Origin: Deltaproteobacteria bacterium
GTDB taxonomy: Bacteria > Myxococcota > Myxococcia > SLRQ01
Direction: 5' to 3'
DNA: 64,000 nucleotides
NCBI GenBank assembly: GCA_007130885.1
Contig: SLRQ01000013.1
Span: 11,004 to 75,003 of the forward strand
The notes beneath the pieces were generated by a model. The model was not told the origin of the DNA and did no database searches. It saw only the letters and a program-made list of their open reading frames with translations. Below are positions 10,015 to 19,826 of this stretch, one piece after another (position 1 is the stretch's first letter; every line of letters starts with the position of its first letter). A program made the position numbers and the translations under genes.

Positions 10015-11709
10015 ATGGCACAGGACAAGCCGGATAAGGCCGCCGTCTCCGAGATAGCCGCCGAGCAAGCTCGTTGGCGCAAGGAGGTCTGGGGCAAGGC
10101 CCGCGAGAAGCACGGTGAGCGCAAGGAACTTTTCGAGACCCACTCAAAGCTCGCCCTGGAGCCCATCTGCACACCCTCGGACTGGCCGCCGGAGCAGTAC
10201 CTGGAGAAGGCCGGATTCCCTGGTGAGTACCCGTTTACGCGGGGGGTGCAGCCGACATCGTATAGAGGAAGACTTTGGACGATGCGGCAGTACGCCGGAT
10301 TCGGGAGCGCCGAGGAGTCCAACGCTCGTTACCGCTACCTGCTCTCACAGGGTACCACCGGGCTTTCGGTCGCATTCGACCTCCCCACCCAGATGGGCCG
10401 GGACTCCGACCATGCTGTCGCCGCGGGCGAGGTCGGCAGGGTGGGCGTGGCCGTGGATACCATGGAAGACATGGCGACCTTGATGGACCGCATACCCCTC
10501 GACGAGGTGTCCACGTCCATGACCATAAACTCCACGGCGGCTGTGCTTCTGGCTCTGTACCAGGCCAGAGGAGAGGCTACGGGAGTGGCGCCGGAAAGCC
10601 TTCGCGGCACCATACAAAACGACGTGCTCAAGGAGTACATCGCTCGCGGCACCTACATTTACCCACCGGGGCCGGCGCTTCGGATAATAACCGACATCTT
10701 TGCCTACGCTACCGAGGTGCTTCCAAGGTTCAATACGATATCAATCAGCGGATACCACATTCGCGAAGCAGGCAGCACGGCGGTTCAAGAGGTGGCATTC
10801 ACCTTGGCGGATGGGATTTCATACGTTCAGGCGGCCCTGGATGCCGGACTGGACATCGACAAGTTCGCCGGTCGCCTTTCCTTCTTCTTCAACGTGCACA
10901 ACGACTTCATTGAAGAGATAGCCAAGTTCAGGGCGGCACGGCGCCTATGGGCGCGCATCATGAAGGAGCGATTCGGCGCCAAGAATCCCCGATCCATGAT
11001 GCTGCGCTTCCATACCCAGACCGCGGGCTGCACACTGACGGCCCAGCAGCCGGAGGTGAACATCGTTCGTGTGGGGCTCCAGGCCATGGCGGCCGTCCTC
11101 GGAGGTACTCAGTCGCTGCACACGAACAGCATGGACGAGGCTATGGCGCTGCCGACCGAGAAGGCGGTGCGCATCGCTCTGCGCACCCAGCAGGTCATAG
11201 CCCATGAGTCCGGAGTGGCCGATGTGGTGGACCCGTTCGGGGGTGCGCCGCTACTCGAGGACCTCACCGATCGCATCGAGGCCGAGGCCGAGTCCTACAT
11301 AAGCCGAATAGACGAGATGGGCGGCATGGTCGAAGCCATCGCCCAGGGCTTTCCTCAAAAGGAGATCCAAGACGCCTCATACCGCTACCAGCGCGAGTGT
11401 GAGTCCGGTGAGAGGCAGGTAATCGGCGTTACCGGGTTCAAAGTGGATGAAGACGAGGAACCAATCGAGCTTCTGCGGGTGGACCCGGAGATCGAGGAAC
11501 GTCAGCGAGCCCGGGTAGCGGCTTTTCGCGCCGGCCGAAACGAAGCCGGGGTGTCGGCCGGCCTAAAGGCGATCGAGAAGGCGGCGAGGGGGACCGATAA
11601 CCTGATGCCCTTCATAGTGGAGGCCATGAAAGCCGGCTGCACGCTGGGCGAAGTCAGTGACGCCATGCGCGACGTGTTCGGCGAGCACAAGGAAGTCCTG
11701 GTGGTCTAG
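10015..11709 (+). CDS. Methylmalonyl-CoA mutase, substrate-binding (large) subunit of a split enzyme
   Basis: 'PGEYPFTRG', '[10 protein letters not shown]', '[11 protein letters not shown]', '[12 protein letters not shown]', '[10 protein letters not shown]'. No DxHxxG B12-binding domain. ATG 10015 follows GGGAGG. Confidence 0.93.
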   Translation: MAQDKPDKAAVSEIAAEQARWRKEVWGKAREKHGERKELFETHSKLALEPICTPSDWPPEQYLEKAGFPGEYPFTRGVQPTSYRGRLWTMRQYAGFGSAEESNARYRYLLSQGTTGLSVAFDLPTQMGRDSDHAVAAGEVGRVGVAVDTMEDMATLMDRIPLDEVSTSMTINSTAAVLLALYQARGEATGVAPESLRGTIQNDVLKEYIARGTYIYPPGPALRIITDIFAYATEVLPRFNTISISGYHIREAGSTAVQEVAFTLADGISYVQAALDAGLDIDKFAGRLSFFFNVHNDFIEEIAKFRAARRLWARIMKERFGAKNPRSMMLRFHTQTAGCTLTAQQPEVNIVRVGLQAMAAVLGGTQSLHTNSMDEAMALPTEKAVRIALRTQQVIAHESGVADVVDPFGGAPLLEDLTDRIEAEAESYISRIDEMGGMVEAIAQGFPQKEIQDASYRYQRECESGERQVIGVTGFKVDEDEEPIELLRVDPEIEERQRARVAAFRAGRNEAGVSAGLKAIEKAARGTDNLMPFIVEAMKAGCTLGEVSDAMRDVFGEHKEVLVV

Positions 11710-12711
11710 TCAGTAGATCTCCGGCTTCGACTTTCGGGCCATCAGCTCCAAGACGGCTTCGGGAGCCGGCTTGTTCTCATACAGAATGCCGTGGACGGCA
11801 TCCGTGATGGGCAGCTCCACTCCCAGCTTGATTCCTAGATCGTGGGCGCTCTTGGTCGTCTTGACGCCTTCGGCCACGGTCCCCAGCTCCCCAAGAATCT
11901 CGTCGAGACGGCGGCCCTTTCCAAGCTCGAACCCCACGGTGCGATTGCGCGAAAGCCCGCCCGTACAGGTAAGGATCAGATCGCCCATGCCGGATAGTCC
12001 CATGAACGTCTGTGCGTGCGCGCCTTTTGCGAGGCCAAGTCTGGTCAGCTCGGCCAGGCCACGGGTTATGAGGGCCGCCCTCGTGTTGTGGCCCAATCCG
12101 AGACCGTCGATTATTCCCGCTCCGATGGCTATGACGTTCTTCAGGGCTCCGCCTATCTCAACGCCCATCACGTCCGTGGACGTGTAGACGCGGAAGTAGG
12201 GGGCAGACAGAAGGTGTTGCGCTCTTGCCGCCACCCTCGGCCAATAGGCCGCCACCGTGACGGCCGTGGGCTGCTTTTGTGCGACCTCCCGGGCGAACGA
12301 GGGGCCGGACACGTAAGCAAGGTAGGGGTGAAGCTTCTCCGGCAATACGTCTTCCAGGATTTCGGCGCAGGTCATCAGGCTCTCGTTCTCGATGCCTTTT
12401 GAAGCCGTTATCAGAGGCACGCCGTCGGAAAGGTACGGCAAGGCCTTGGACATCACCGGTCTTATCGCGGGCGTAGGTACGACCACGAGTATTACCTCGG
12501 CACCCAGCAACGCCGCTTCGATATCCGTGGTAGCCCTAATGCGCTCCGAGAGGGCGGCTCCCGGCAGATAACGAGAGTTCTCGTGCTTGGACTCGATTTG
12601 ATGTGCGACGTCCTCTTCGATGGTCCATATGGTGACCGATGCTCCCGTGTTGCCCAGCAAGTCTGCAAGCGCCGTTCCCCAAGAGCCTCCTCCAAGTACA
12701 GTTGCGTGCAT
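11710..12711 (-). CDS. gpsA: NAD(P)H-dependent glycerol-3-phosphate dehydrogenase
   Basis: 'GGGSWGTALA', 'SKGIE', 'GPSFAREV', 'GGALKNVIAI', 'GDLILTC..LSRNR'. Confidence 0.97.
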   Translation of the reverse strand: MHATVLGGGSWGTALADLLGNTGASVTIWTIEEDVAHQIESKHENSRYLPGAALSERIRATTDIEAALLGAEVILVVVPTPAIRPVMSKALPYLSDGVPLITASKGIENESLMTCAEILEDVLPEKLHPYLAYVSGPSFAREVAQKQPTAVTVAAYWPRVAARAQHLLSAPYFRVYTSTDVMGVEIGGALKNVIAIGAGIIDGLGLGHNTRAALITRGLAELTRLGLAKGAHAQTFMGLSGMGDLILTCTGGLSRNRTVGFELGKGRRLDEILGELGTVAEGVKTTKSAHDLGIKLGVELPITDAVHGILYENKPAPEAVLELMARKSKPEIY

Positions 12712-12726
12712 GATGAACTCTCGAGG

Positions 12727-13026
12727 TCAGTAGCCCGCCTCCACCATGTCGAAAGCCATCTTGCGTATCAAGGTTCGGCGAAGCATGGAGCGGCAAGAGC
12801 TGACTTGCTGTGAGGCATGGGAGGCGGTGCGAGTCAGGTAGCGGAGGTCCTTGGCCGAGGCTTTGCTCGCGAGCGTCAAGACGAGGTCTACCTTTTGGTT
12901 GTCAATTCGTGTGAAGTGCTCGTCTTCTCGTTGCTCGAGGAAGAAGTCCAGCCCATGCCTACGCAGGAATATGTTCATGAGGCGGTGGGCGCGGCTGTGC
13001 AGCGCGATCTCGATTACGTTTGCCAT
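12727..13026 (-). CDS. Hypothetical protein, 99 aa, co-oriented immediately upstream of gpsA
   Basis: Fills the gap in a minus-strand gene run and ends 15 bp from the gpsA start. Helical, natural-looking composition. Confidence 0.65.
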   Translation of the reverse strand: MANVIEIALHSRAHRLMNIFLRRHGLDFFLEQREDEHFTRIDNQKVDLVLTLASKASAKDLRYLTRTASHASQQVSSCRSMLRRTLIRKMAFDMVEAGY

Positions 13027-13078
13027 GTGTGGGGAATGGTAGCCGACGGTCGCGGGGCGTAAAGAAAACAGACATCTC

Positions 13079-13576
13079 TTATTGGGTGGAAGGTGCGTGA
13101 TGCCTCCCGATGCCGAGCCCCAAGGTGGGAAGCACTTGCCAATGCGTCCAGGATCGATGCGACCAACTCGCTGTCGACACGGCGGAAATGCCCGTGCCTA
13201 TGCGGACTGGCCCGTAGCGCCATGCCAGGCCTCCCAGAAGTCCCGTGGGCAACAGCAGGCGGGTTTGAGCTCCACCGGTCAGGTAGAAACCGTGCTTCTC
13301 CGTGGTCGCAAGGGGCACCTCGAGAACCATGGATTGAGATCGCAGCGATGCTCCGATGTGAAGGCCGCGGTAAGGTGTTCGCCAAACAGCCTTGACCTGG
13401 CTTACCCACCGTACCGTGGTGGAGGTGGGAAAAACGCTAAAGTAGTGTACATCGTAGTTTAGCCATGTCCCTGGGTCCTCGGAGATCAGGTCGATCCTAT
13501 CGAAAGCAAAGGTGGCGTCCGGCTCACGTTCGAGTGCTCCGCCCAGGATGGCGAGCGCTATCAGCGCGGCAGGCAT
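13079..13576 (-). CDS. Exported hypothetical protein rich in beta-strands
   Basis: Hydrophobic N-terminus, alternating aromatic/Gly strands. Overlaps the GDPD stop by 16 bp. Confidence 0.65.
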   Translation of the reverse strand: MPAALIALAILGGALEREPDATFAFDRIDLISEDPGTWLNYDVHYFSVFPTSTTVRWVSQVKAVWRTPYRGLHIGASLRSQSMVLEVPLATTEKHGFYLTGGAQTRLLLPTGLLGGLAWRYGPVRIGTGISAVSTASWSHRSWTHWQVLPTLGLGIGRHHAPSTQ

Positions 13577-14481
13577 GGTGCACGCTCCGGGAAGTCGGTG
13601 ATTAGGGCGTCAATCGGCCACCGGCAGAAGCGGTCGAGATCCTTCTCCTCGTTTACGGTCCATACCATCACTTGGAGACCGGAGTCCCTCGCTGCTCTCG
13701 CGGCGTGCCAGTCGATAATCTCAAAGGGCCAGGCGATGCCGTCCGCTTCGGCACGCTTTGCCGTCCCCAGCGCGTCGCGAATGCCGAGAGATCCCAGCAG
13801 CTCGGTGCCCAGGGCGACCCGAGTGGAGTCGCTGTCCGGCGGAAAGCGCGGGTAAATGAGTATGGTGGTAATGGGGTCGCCGTCCATCCAGTCACGAAAA
13901 GCGACAAGAAGCTCGGGCAGGTTGGCGCTGACATACCAAGGGTTTTCGAGCCCGGACGTGGTCCATCTGCCCAGTATCTCTTCGGCGAAGACCTCCGGGG
14001 GCGGCGTCAGCCCCGGCTCGTACTTCACGTCGAGCTGTATCCAGGTTTCCGGGTAATCTCGCACCGCCTCGATCAGCTCATCCAGCTGCAAGAGTGGCTC
14101 GGCGAGAACCTGTGCGTCGGGGAACTCGGGATCTGGGATGCCCCCGCACTTGTAATCCAAGAGCCTCTCACTTGAGATTTCGGCTACCAAAATGCGCTCG
14201 CCGAATGGCTTCCCGTCGGAAAGAGTGCATCGGTCCGGCTCGAGCCAGGGGTCGTGGGCTATGACCGGCACGCCGTCACTAGTCAGGACGATGTCTATCT
14301 CGATGGCCGGATAGCCTCGCTCGAGCGACTCGCGTACCGCGCTTCTGGAGTTCTCCGGCCAGTGGGAGGGGGCGGCCCGGTGAGCTACGACCAGGGGGGC
14401 CGTGTCCGCCGTCCCGATTCCGCACGCCGTGGCCAGGAGCAAGTAGACGGGAATATGCCTCGAAATTGAGCCGAATGTCAT
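13561..14481 (-). CDS. Glycerophosphodiester phosphodiesterase family lipoprotein
   Basis: 'VVAHRA...PENS', 'IEIDIVLTSDGVPVIAHD', 'VWTVNE', 'LITDFP'. Lipobox-like 'LATAC'. Confidence 0.92.
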   Translation of the reverse strand: MTFGSISRHIPVYLLLATACGIGTADTAPLVVAHRAAPSHWPENSRSAVRESLERGYPAIEIDIVLTSDGVPVIAHDPWLEPDRCTLSDGKPFGERILVAEISSERLLDYKCGGIPDPEFPDAQVLAEPLLQLDELIEAVRDYPETWIQLDVKYEPGLTPPPEVFAEEILGRWTTSGLENPWYVSANLPELLVAFRDWMDGDPITTILIYPRFPPDSDSTRVALGTELLGSLGIRDALGTAKRAEADGIAWPFEIIDWHAARAARDSGLQVMVWTVNEEKDLDRFCRWPIDALITDFPERAPCLPR

Positions 14482-14561
14482 GGGGCTGCATCATACTTCA
14501 TCTGCGATCGCACGGGTGTTGGGTCGTTCCCGGGGGTGCGGCGGCTGACGGATTCGGGTAC

Positions 14562-15698
14562 ATGAAGGCTATGTCACTTGGCTCCGGCTTCGATGGGTGC
14601 CGCACGGGCGGTGAGGACGGCTTTCTTTCCTGGACGCGGTTTATCGGGCGAGCGCTTTTCTCCAGCTCGGCGGTAACGCCTCCAGATGGTGACCCTCCCT
14701 TGGATTTGCTGTCACGCGCGGCACTGGGACCGGCGCTTCATGTCGCGCTTAGGTCCCGAGATGATGAGCGCGCCGCGGTCCTCGAGGATGTTCACGCCGG
14801 TTCCTCGGCCCAGAGCATTGTTCTGTTTGAGCTTGCGGAACGGGTTCGAGATTGGCTGGAAGAAGCAGATGTGCCGTTCGTGGCCCTGAAGGGAGTTCAA
14901 AGCGTGGCGAGGTTCTGCGCCGATGACATGGCCGCTAGACCTTTGGCTGATGTGGACATGCTCGTTGGCCGGCGCGACTTTCCCTTTGTCCTGGATAAGC
15001 TTCTCGCAAAGGGGCTTTGTCTTTCCAAGCCGCACAAGCCATTCACCAACCGCTGGGCCTGCAGCATCTCTCTCGTCTCGAAGCAGGGCCGGATGAAGGC
15101 CATGCTCGACCTGCATCAGGCGCTCCATAACTGGCCACTGTTGTCCTCCATGTCTCGGTGGGTAATGGACACCCGCGAGGAGGTAGGAGGCTGGCCCGTT
15201 CCAAGCATCCCGGCTTCGCTGCTGATAATTGCGGCACACAGATTCCGCCACGCGTTCATGGGTGATGCGCGCGAGGTGCTGGATGCGGCGTGGCTCCTCC
15301 GGGCCGCTTCTCGAGATATTTGGTTCGATACTCTGGATGCCGCCGGACGCTACGATCTTCTGCCGGCGCTTTACGTGGTGATGTGGCAAGCGGTGCACTG
15401 GTTCGGGGGCTCGGATGAGGACAAACGGCGGGTCCTCGATTTGCGAGCCTCGGTTGGCGCCGTGAGATCCTACGCGCTCGAGAAGTTGATCTCACTTGAA
15501 GCCGGCGTTACCCGCGGTTCGAGCTTGCCCGGCGGTTTTGTTGGGCTGTACCTTCCAATGCCTCTGGCGATGACCGGGATCTTGCCTCCCTTGGTGGCCA
15601 TGGCGGGATATACGGGTTCGCGCGTTATGGACGAGGTCGTCACCGGAGGTCGAAGCGGGCTGGTCAGCCGTTTGGTCGGAAGGCGCGTTGGTGAATAG
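14562..15698 (+). CDS. Nucleotidyltransferase family protein (NTP_transf_5-like)
   Basis: 'VPFVALKG', 'RPLADVDMLV', 'LDLHQAL', 'LIIAAH', 'VLDA'. Start uncertain (14562 or 14571). Confidence 0.75.
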   Translation: MKAMSLGSGFDGCRTGGEDGFLSWTRFIGRALFSSSAVTPPDGDPPLDLLSRAALGPALHVALRSRDDERAAVLEDVHAGSSAQSIVLFELAERVRDWLEEADVPFVALKGVQSVARFCADDMAARPLADVDMLVGRRDFPFVLDKLLAKGLCLSKPHKPFTNRWACSISLVSKQGRMKAMLDLHQALHNWPLLSSMSRWVMDTREEVGGWPVPSIPASLLIIAAHRFRHAFMGDAREVLDAAWLLRAASRDIWFDTLDAAGRYDLLPALYVVMWQAVHWFGGSDEDKRRVLDLRASVGAVRSYALEKLISLEAGVTRGSSLPGGFVGLYLPMPLAMTGILPPLVAMAGYTGSRVMDEVVTGGRSGLVSRLVGRRVGE

Positions 15699-16058
15699 CG
15701 GGGGACCATGGACATTGCTTTTTGAAATGGCCGGAACCATCGAAGTCGGCGGGAGACCACAATAATGGAAGTCAAGAACGCGTATCCACCGGACAATGCA
15801 AAAGCCGGCATTTATTTTTGACGGTAGAAATATTTTGAACGGCGATGAGATGAGAAGAATAGGTTTTTGCGTCTATCAGGTGGGGAAGGGATCCGCGGAC
15901 GCGGCGATAGGTCTAGAGCCTTGGAGCGGGTGATGTAGAGACGTGCTCGAGGCAAAGCGCGGCTGCAAGTTGGTGATTCCGCGGAGAAGATGGTTCGCGG
16001 ACGGCCTTGGCTTCTAAGACGTTGCGAAGGTGGTGTCAGGCGGCGTAATCTACGGATT

Positions 16059-19000
16059 ATGAACAGTTGTGGCTCCAAGCTCGTTGGTTGGACGGTGCTC
16101 ATGGCCGCATGGGCGGTTTCGGCATGCGGCACGTTGGAGCTGACGGGCATCGATCTTCGCATTCATTCCGAAGAGGCGGGGGAGATGGAGTGGATGGAAG
16201 TCGCCGTTTATGATTCCGGTGGAGAGATGATGCACTCTCCCGAGCGGCGTCCGGAGGGGGGGCGCCCCGTGAAGAGCACTGAAACGGTCTTGATTCTGTT
16301 GCCCGGAGAGCTTGATGGAGAGCTGGTTCTAGTCCACGTCATGGGCTTTTACGGGCAGCATGTGGTGGCTGAAGGCGCCGTCGAGGTGGTGGTTGAAGCG
16401 GGAGTGCTTCAAGAGGCGGAGGTAGAGCTGAACTTGCTCGGCTACTGCGAGACCGATGAGGATTGCGCCAAAGGCGAAGTTTGCTTGCCGGAGGGATGGT
16501 GTGCCTCCGGCTGCATGGTGGAGGACGTTTTTGCGGAGCCTGGGGAGCCAAGCCCCGACAACGAATGCTTGATTTGTAAGCCGGATGTCTCGACGCGCGA
16601 ATGGGTCCCCTCGGATGCCGGTACTTCGTGCGGTGACGGAAAGGTCTGCGATGGGGCGGGCAAGTGCGTCATGGATGATCCGGGGCGCGTGGCGGTGCTG
16701 GTCGAGGTGGGTGGGCTCGGCGGGGGGAAGGTGCACTCGGAGCCGGGAGTGATCGACTGCGGTAGTGTTTGTAGTGCCTTGGTCGAGATAGGCAGCACCC
16801 TGAGCTTGACTGCTGTTCCCGACGAGGAAAGCATGTTCTCGGAATGGCGGGGGGATGCCTGCGTGGAAAGTGAGTCGACGTGCACCTTGACCGTCGAGGA
16901 ACAGGTCGTGGTCACCGCCCGGTTCGATGTGAAGGTTCACGAGCTGGAGGTGAGCTTGGCGGGCACGGGTAGCGGCAATGTGGTCTCCACGGACGGGGTC
17001 ATTGACTGCGGTGGCGGCGACTGCAGCGCCCTGTATGAGCACGGCGAGACGGTGACTCTCGTAAAATCCGTACAACCGGGCAGCGAGTTTGTGGGATGGG
17101 AAGGGGCTTGCGAAGGGAGTGAAGATACGTGCGAGCTTTCCATCACGGAGGATACGCAAGTCATAGCCGAGTTCGATTTGCACCGGCACGAGCTCACAGT
17201 AGATGTTTTTGGAGGTGGGGAAGGGCACGTCCAGTCGGACGACGGCGCGATTGACTGCCACGCCGCCGGCGGGTCGTGCCGGGCCACGTATGGGCACGGT
17301 GATGAGGTGGTGCTTACGCGTTCGGTCGCGGAAGGCAGCGTTTTTGCCGGTTGGGGAGAGGCCTGTGACTCTTCCTCGGAGACGTGCAAGCTTACGATGA
17401 CGGGGGCGTTGGAGGTGACGGCGGAGATCGTAATGGAGGTGTTCGAGCTTGCGGTGACGGTTGTGGGAACCGGCTCGGGCACCGTGGAATCATCGGATGG
17501 AGCTATTCTTTGTGGAGGTGGGGACTCTGATTGCGTGGCCGAGTATGAGTTCGGGCAGGAGGTGTCCTTGACTAGAGAGAGTGGCTCGGGAAGTCGCTTC
17601 GCCGGTTGGGGCGGGGCGTGCGCGGGGTCGGATCGAAGCTGTGACTTCGTAATGAATGATGATCTAGTCGTGTTTGCGACCTTCGAGCTTCGAACTTATG
17701 AGCTCGACGTGAGCTGGACCGGCGATGGTGACGGTACGGTAAGGTCCGCGGATGGGGCAATCGAATGCGGGGTGGAAGGCTCTGATTGCTCCGCTATTTA
17801 CAGCCACGGTCAAACAGTGGTTCTTACCCCCGAGTCTGTTTCGAGCAGCCACTTCGAGGGATGGGGCGGAAGCTGCCAGGGGGACGCTTCGACCTGTGAG
17901 CTGACGATGACGGCTAATCGGAGTGCGAGTGCGCGATTCCAGCTCAACTCTTACACGTTATCAGTGACGGTGACAGGGAGCGGGGAGGGGACTGTAACCT
18001 CCACCGGAGGCACAATAGAGTGTGGTTCCGGGGGAACGAAATGCGACGCCGCGTATTTGCATGGGCAGATGGTGAACCTGACCGCCACCTGGGGAACCTA
18101 CAGCGAGCTTACGGCGTGGGGGGGGGCGTGCGCTCATGCGGAAGAATCTTCGTGCCTCCTGGAGGTGACCGGTACTACCGAGGTGGTGGCGGAGATCAAC
18201 TTGATAACCCATGAGATCCAGGTCGATACGCTTGGTAACGGCGCCGGAACTATCACGACTGCGGACCAGGACATCGATTGCGGCGATGGAAAAGAGAGCT
18301 GTGAGGCGAGCTATGAGCATGGCTCCATGGTTACGCTGCACGCCGAGGCCAGCGAAGGTAGCACGTTCGTGGGATGGAGCGGCGACTGCGCTCATGCCGG
18401 TATGGACGAAGAATGCGCGCTCGAAGTCACCGAGAGTAGAGATGCCGCGGCTGAGTTCACGCTCAACTCATACGTGTTGACGGTCGAGACGAGGGGGGAC
18501 GGCGAGGGCACGGTCTCTTCAACGCCAGAAGGCATCGACTGCGGGAACAAGTGCGAGGCCACTTACTTATATGGCCAAGTGGTTTCTCTGCAGCAGAGTT
18601 ACAGTGGCCATAACGAGTTCATCGGATGGGGAGGGGACTGCTCGGGCGACGATGATACCTGCGAGCTGCTCATTTCAGGAGATCATCTAGTGACTGCTCG
18701 GTTCGAGCCTCGAAGATATATGCTTTCGGTCAGCACCGTCGGCAACGGAGAGGGAACCGTCATGACGGATGATGGAGTGATCGATTGCGGGCACGAAAGT
18801 TGGAGCTGCTCGGTGCTCATCACATACGGAGAGACGGTGGTGCTGAACCAGTCCGCCGAGCCGAGCAGCTACTTTTCGAGCTGGTACGGCGACTGCGCAT
18901 CGGCGGGCGTTTCCTGTTTGGTACAGATGGAAGGACACAGGAGCGTCGATGCCGATTTCTCCTTGAAAAGCTATCCGCTGGAGGTCAGCAAGGAAGGGAG

Positions 19001-19691
19001 TGGTGGGGGTACGGTTATCTCCGAGCCCGGTGATATTCTGTGTGGTCTTTCATGCGAGGATGAGTTCGATCACTATACCGAGGTGACTCTGTCGGCGACG
19101 CCGGATGAGCACAGTGCATTCGTCGGGTGGTCAGGAGCCGGCTGCAGTGGTACCGGCTCGTGCATTGTTCCAATGACACAAGCTCGTAGTGTCATAGCAA
19201 GATTCGGGCGAAAGGGCAGAGTTCTTAGGGAGTACTGGCTGGGCATCTCCGGAACGGCGGTTTCGGACCTGACCAATCATTCGAATTTCCCCGACAACCC
19301 AAGCGGAGCTACTTTCCCGACGATTTTCGAGGGTCCCACCAACTGGACAAACCACTATGGCACGCGAATGCGAGGATATATTCATGCGCCATATACCGGA
19401 GATTATGTTTTCTGGATAGCGAGCGACGACAACAGCGAGCTTTGGCTCAGCACGGACCCCAACCCGGCCAACAAGGTGTTGATCGCTTACGTGCCTGTCT
19501 GGACCAATCCCAGGGAATGGAACAAGTTTTCTTCCCAGCAGTCGCAGCCCATTCACCTAAGGGCCGGTCAAACATATTACATCGAGGCATTGCATAAGGA
19601 ACACGAGGGCGGGGACAATATCGCTGTTGCTTGGCAGCCGCCCGGTGAAAGCCGGCAAGTCATTCCCGGCGCCTTCTTGTCACAATATTAA
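16059..19691 (+). CDS. Large surface lipoprotein with 10 divergent InlB-B-like repeats and a C-terminal PA14 domain
   Basis: Lipobox 'AVSAC' and a Cys-rich segment. Ten ~84-aa repeats 'GxGxGxV.S..G.I.C....C...Y..G..V.L......F.GW.G.C.....C'. PA14 region 'REYW..ISG...YGTRMRGYI.AP.TGDY.FWIASDD'. Confidence 0.88.
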   Translation: MNSCGSKLVGWTVLMAAWAVSACGTLELTGIDLRIHSEEAGEMEWMEVAVYDSGGEMMHSPERRPEGGRPVKSTETVLILLPGELDGELVLVHVMGFYGQHVVAEGAVEVVVEAGVLQEAEVELNLLGYCETDEDCAKGEVCLPEGWCASGCMVEDVFAEPGEPSPDNECLICKPDVSTREWVPSDAGTSCGDGKVCDGAGKCVMDDPGRVAVLVEVGGLGGGKVHSEPGVIDCGSVCSALVEIGSTLSLTAVPDEESMFSEWRGDACVESESTCTLTVEEQVVVTARFDVKVHELEVSLAGTGSGNVVSTDGVIDCGGGDCSALYEHGETVTLVKSVQPGSEFVGWEGACEGSEDTCELSITEDTQVIAEFDLHRHELTVDVFGGGEGHVQSDDGAIDCHAAGGSCRATYGHGDEVVLTRSVAEGSVFAGWGEACDSSSETCKLTMTGALEVTAEIVMEVFELAVTVVGTGSGTVESSDGAILCGGGDSDCVAEYEFGQEVSLTRESGSGSRFAGWGGACAGSDRSCDFVMNDDLVVFATFELRTYELDVSWTGDGDGTVRSADGAIECGVEGSDCSAIYSHGQTVVLTPESVSSSHFEGWGGSCQGDASTCELTMTANRSASARFQLNSYTLSVTVTGSGEGTVTSTGGTIECGSGGTKCDAAYLHGQMVNLTATWGTYSELTAWGGACAHAEESSCLLEVTGTTEVVAEINLITHEIQVDTLGNGAGTITTADQDIDCGDGKESCEASYEHGSMVTLHAEASEGSTFVGWSGDCAHAGMDEECALEVTESRDAAAEFTLNSYVLTVETRGDGEGTVSSTPEGIDCGNKCEATYLYGQVVSLQQSYSGHNEFIGWGGDCSGDDDTCELLISGDHLVTARFEPRRYMLSVSTVGNGEGTVMTDDGVIDCGHESWSCSVLITYGETVVLNQSAEPSSYFSSWYGDCASAGVSCLVQMEGHRSVDADFSLKSYPLEVSKEGSGGGTVISEPGDILCGLSCEDEFDHYTEVTLSATPDEHSAFVGWSGAGCSGTGSCIVPMTQARSVIARFGRKGRVLREYWLGISGTAVSDLTNHSNFPDNPSGATFPTIFEGPTNWTNHYGTRMRGYIHAPYTGDYVFWIASDDNSELWLSTDPNPANKVLIAYVPVWTNPREWNKFSSQQSQPIHLRAGQTYYIEALHKEHEGGDNIAVAWQPPGESRQVIPGAFLSQY
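16686..19211 (+). repeat. Ten tandem intragenic ~250-bp repeats, each encoding a domain with 4 Cys
   Basis: Units counted by eye in the translation. Degenerate at the DNA level. Confidence 0.85.
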
Positions 19692-19826
19692 TCCGCACAG
19701 TATGGTGCCTCGAGTTCATAGGTCATCCCAGCATACAGGAAGCTACTCGCAAGAGAGCATGCCGGCTCAGCACTTTCTCTTCGTTTCATCAATTAAAAAA
19801 GCAGTAATTGTACCGGAGGCATCAAG

